A program made the position numbers and the translations under genes. The notes beneath the pieces are model-generated. The model had not been told where the DNA came from, ran no database searches, and saw nothing but the letters and a program-made list of their open reading frames with translations. A DNA stretch of 63,987 nt, the filler included, from Octopus bimaculoides (Eukaryota): assembly GCF_001194135.2 (NCBI RefSeq). It is 9 parts of 9 records of this genome, joined end to end, with 100 filler letters (N's around TTAATTAATTAA, not from the genome) between each part and the next. Parts side by side here need not be neighbours in the genome. Positions count along the whole stretch, not along the records: positions 62,932 to 63,987 come from NC_068981.1; 8 more parts are not named here. The stretch is one strand, 5' to 3'. Below, piece by piece: positions 63,946 to 63,987 of this stretch (position 1 is the stretch's first letter; each line of letters opens with the position of its first letter).

Positions 63946-63987
63946 ATGTATGTATGTATGCATGTATGTATGTATGTATGTATGTAT

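Overview
AT-rich, gap-ridden eukaryotic genomic DNA packed with microsatellites and tRNA-derived SINEs. The repeat families look like octopus (cephalopod) repeats; that is recognition from memory, not a database check. There are no prokaryotic features and no CRISPR array, and almost all ORFs in the supplied track are microsatellite or N-gap artefacts. One host gene is well supported: a plus-strand C8orf74-like (CLAMP/C1a-32 family) gene. It has coding exons at 44628-44820 and 45549-45928 and a probable first coding exon at 30661-30717; the last exon was not found. The rest is transposon debris: several R4/Dong-type LINE relics (all on the minus strand), two Tx1/L1-type 3' ends, a CR1 relic, a Penelope-like RT fragment, two mariner derivatives, a maT-like relic, a hAT MITE, a Helentron-type (HINE) element and many SINEs built from interchangeable modules. 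I cannot claim a new biological system. The leads most worth checking are: (i) a SINE whose 3' tail matches the 3' end of a Tx1-like LINE in the same window; (ii) Penelope-type hammerhead-ribozyme cores, one of them back-to-back with a tRNA-like SINE; (iii) a ~37-bp hairpin with five G:U pairs and one mismatch on the plus strand (pre-miRNA-like); (iv) LINEs sitting inside (CATA)n and (ATCT)n arrays; (v) a fold-back mariner made of two 5' ends; (vi) a minisatellite rich in TTCCTGGAA motifs.
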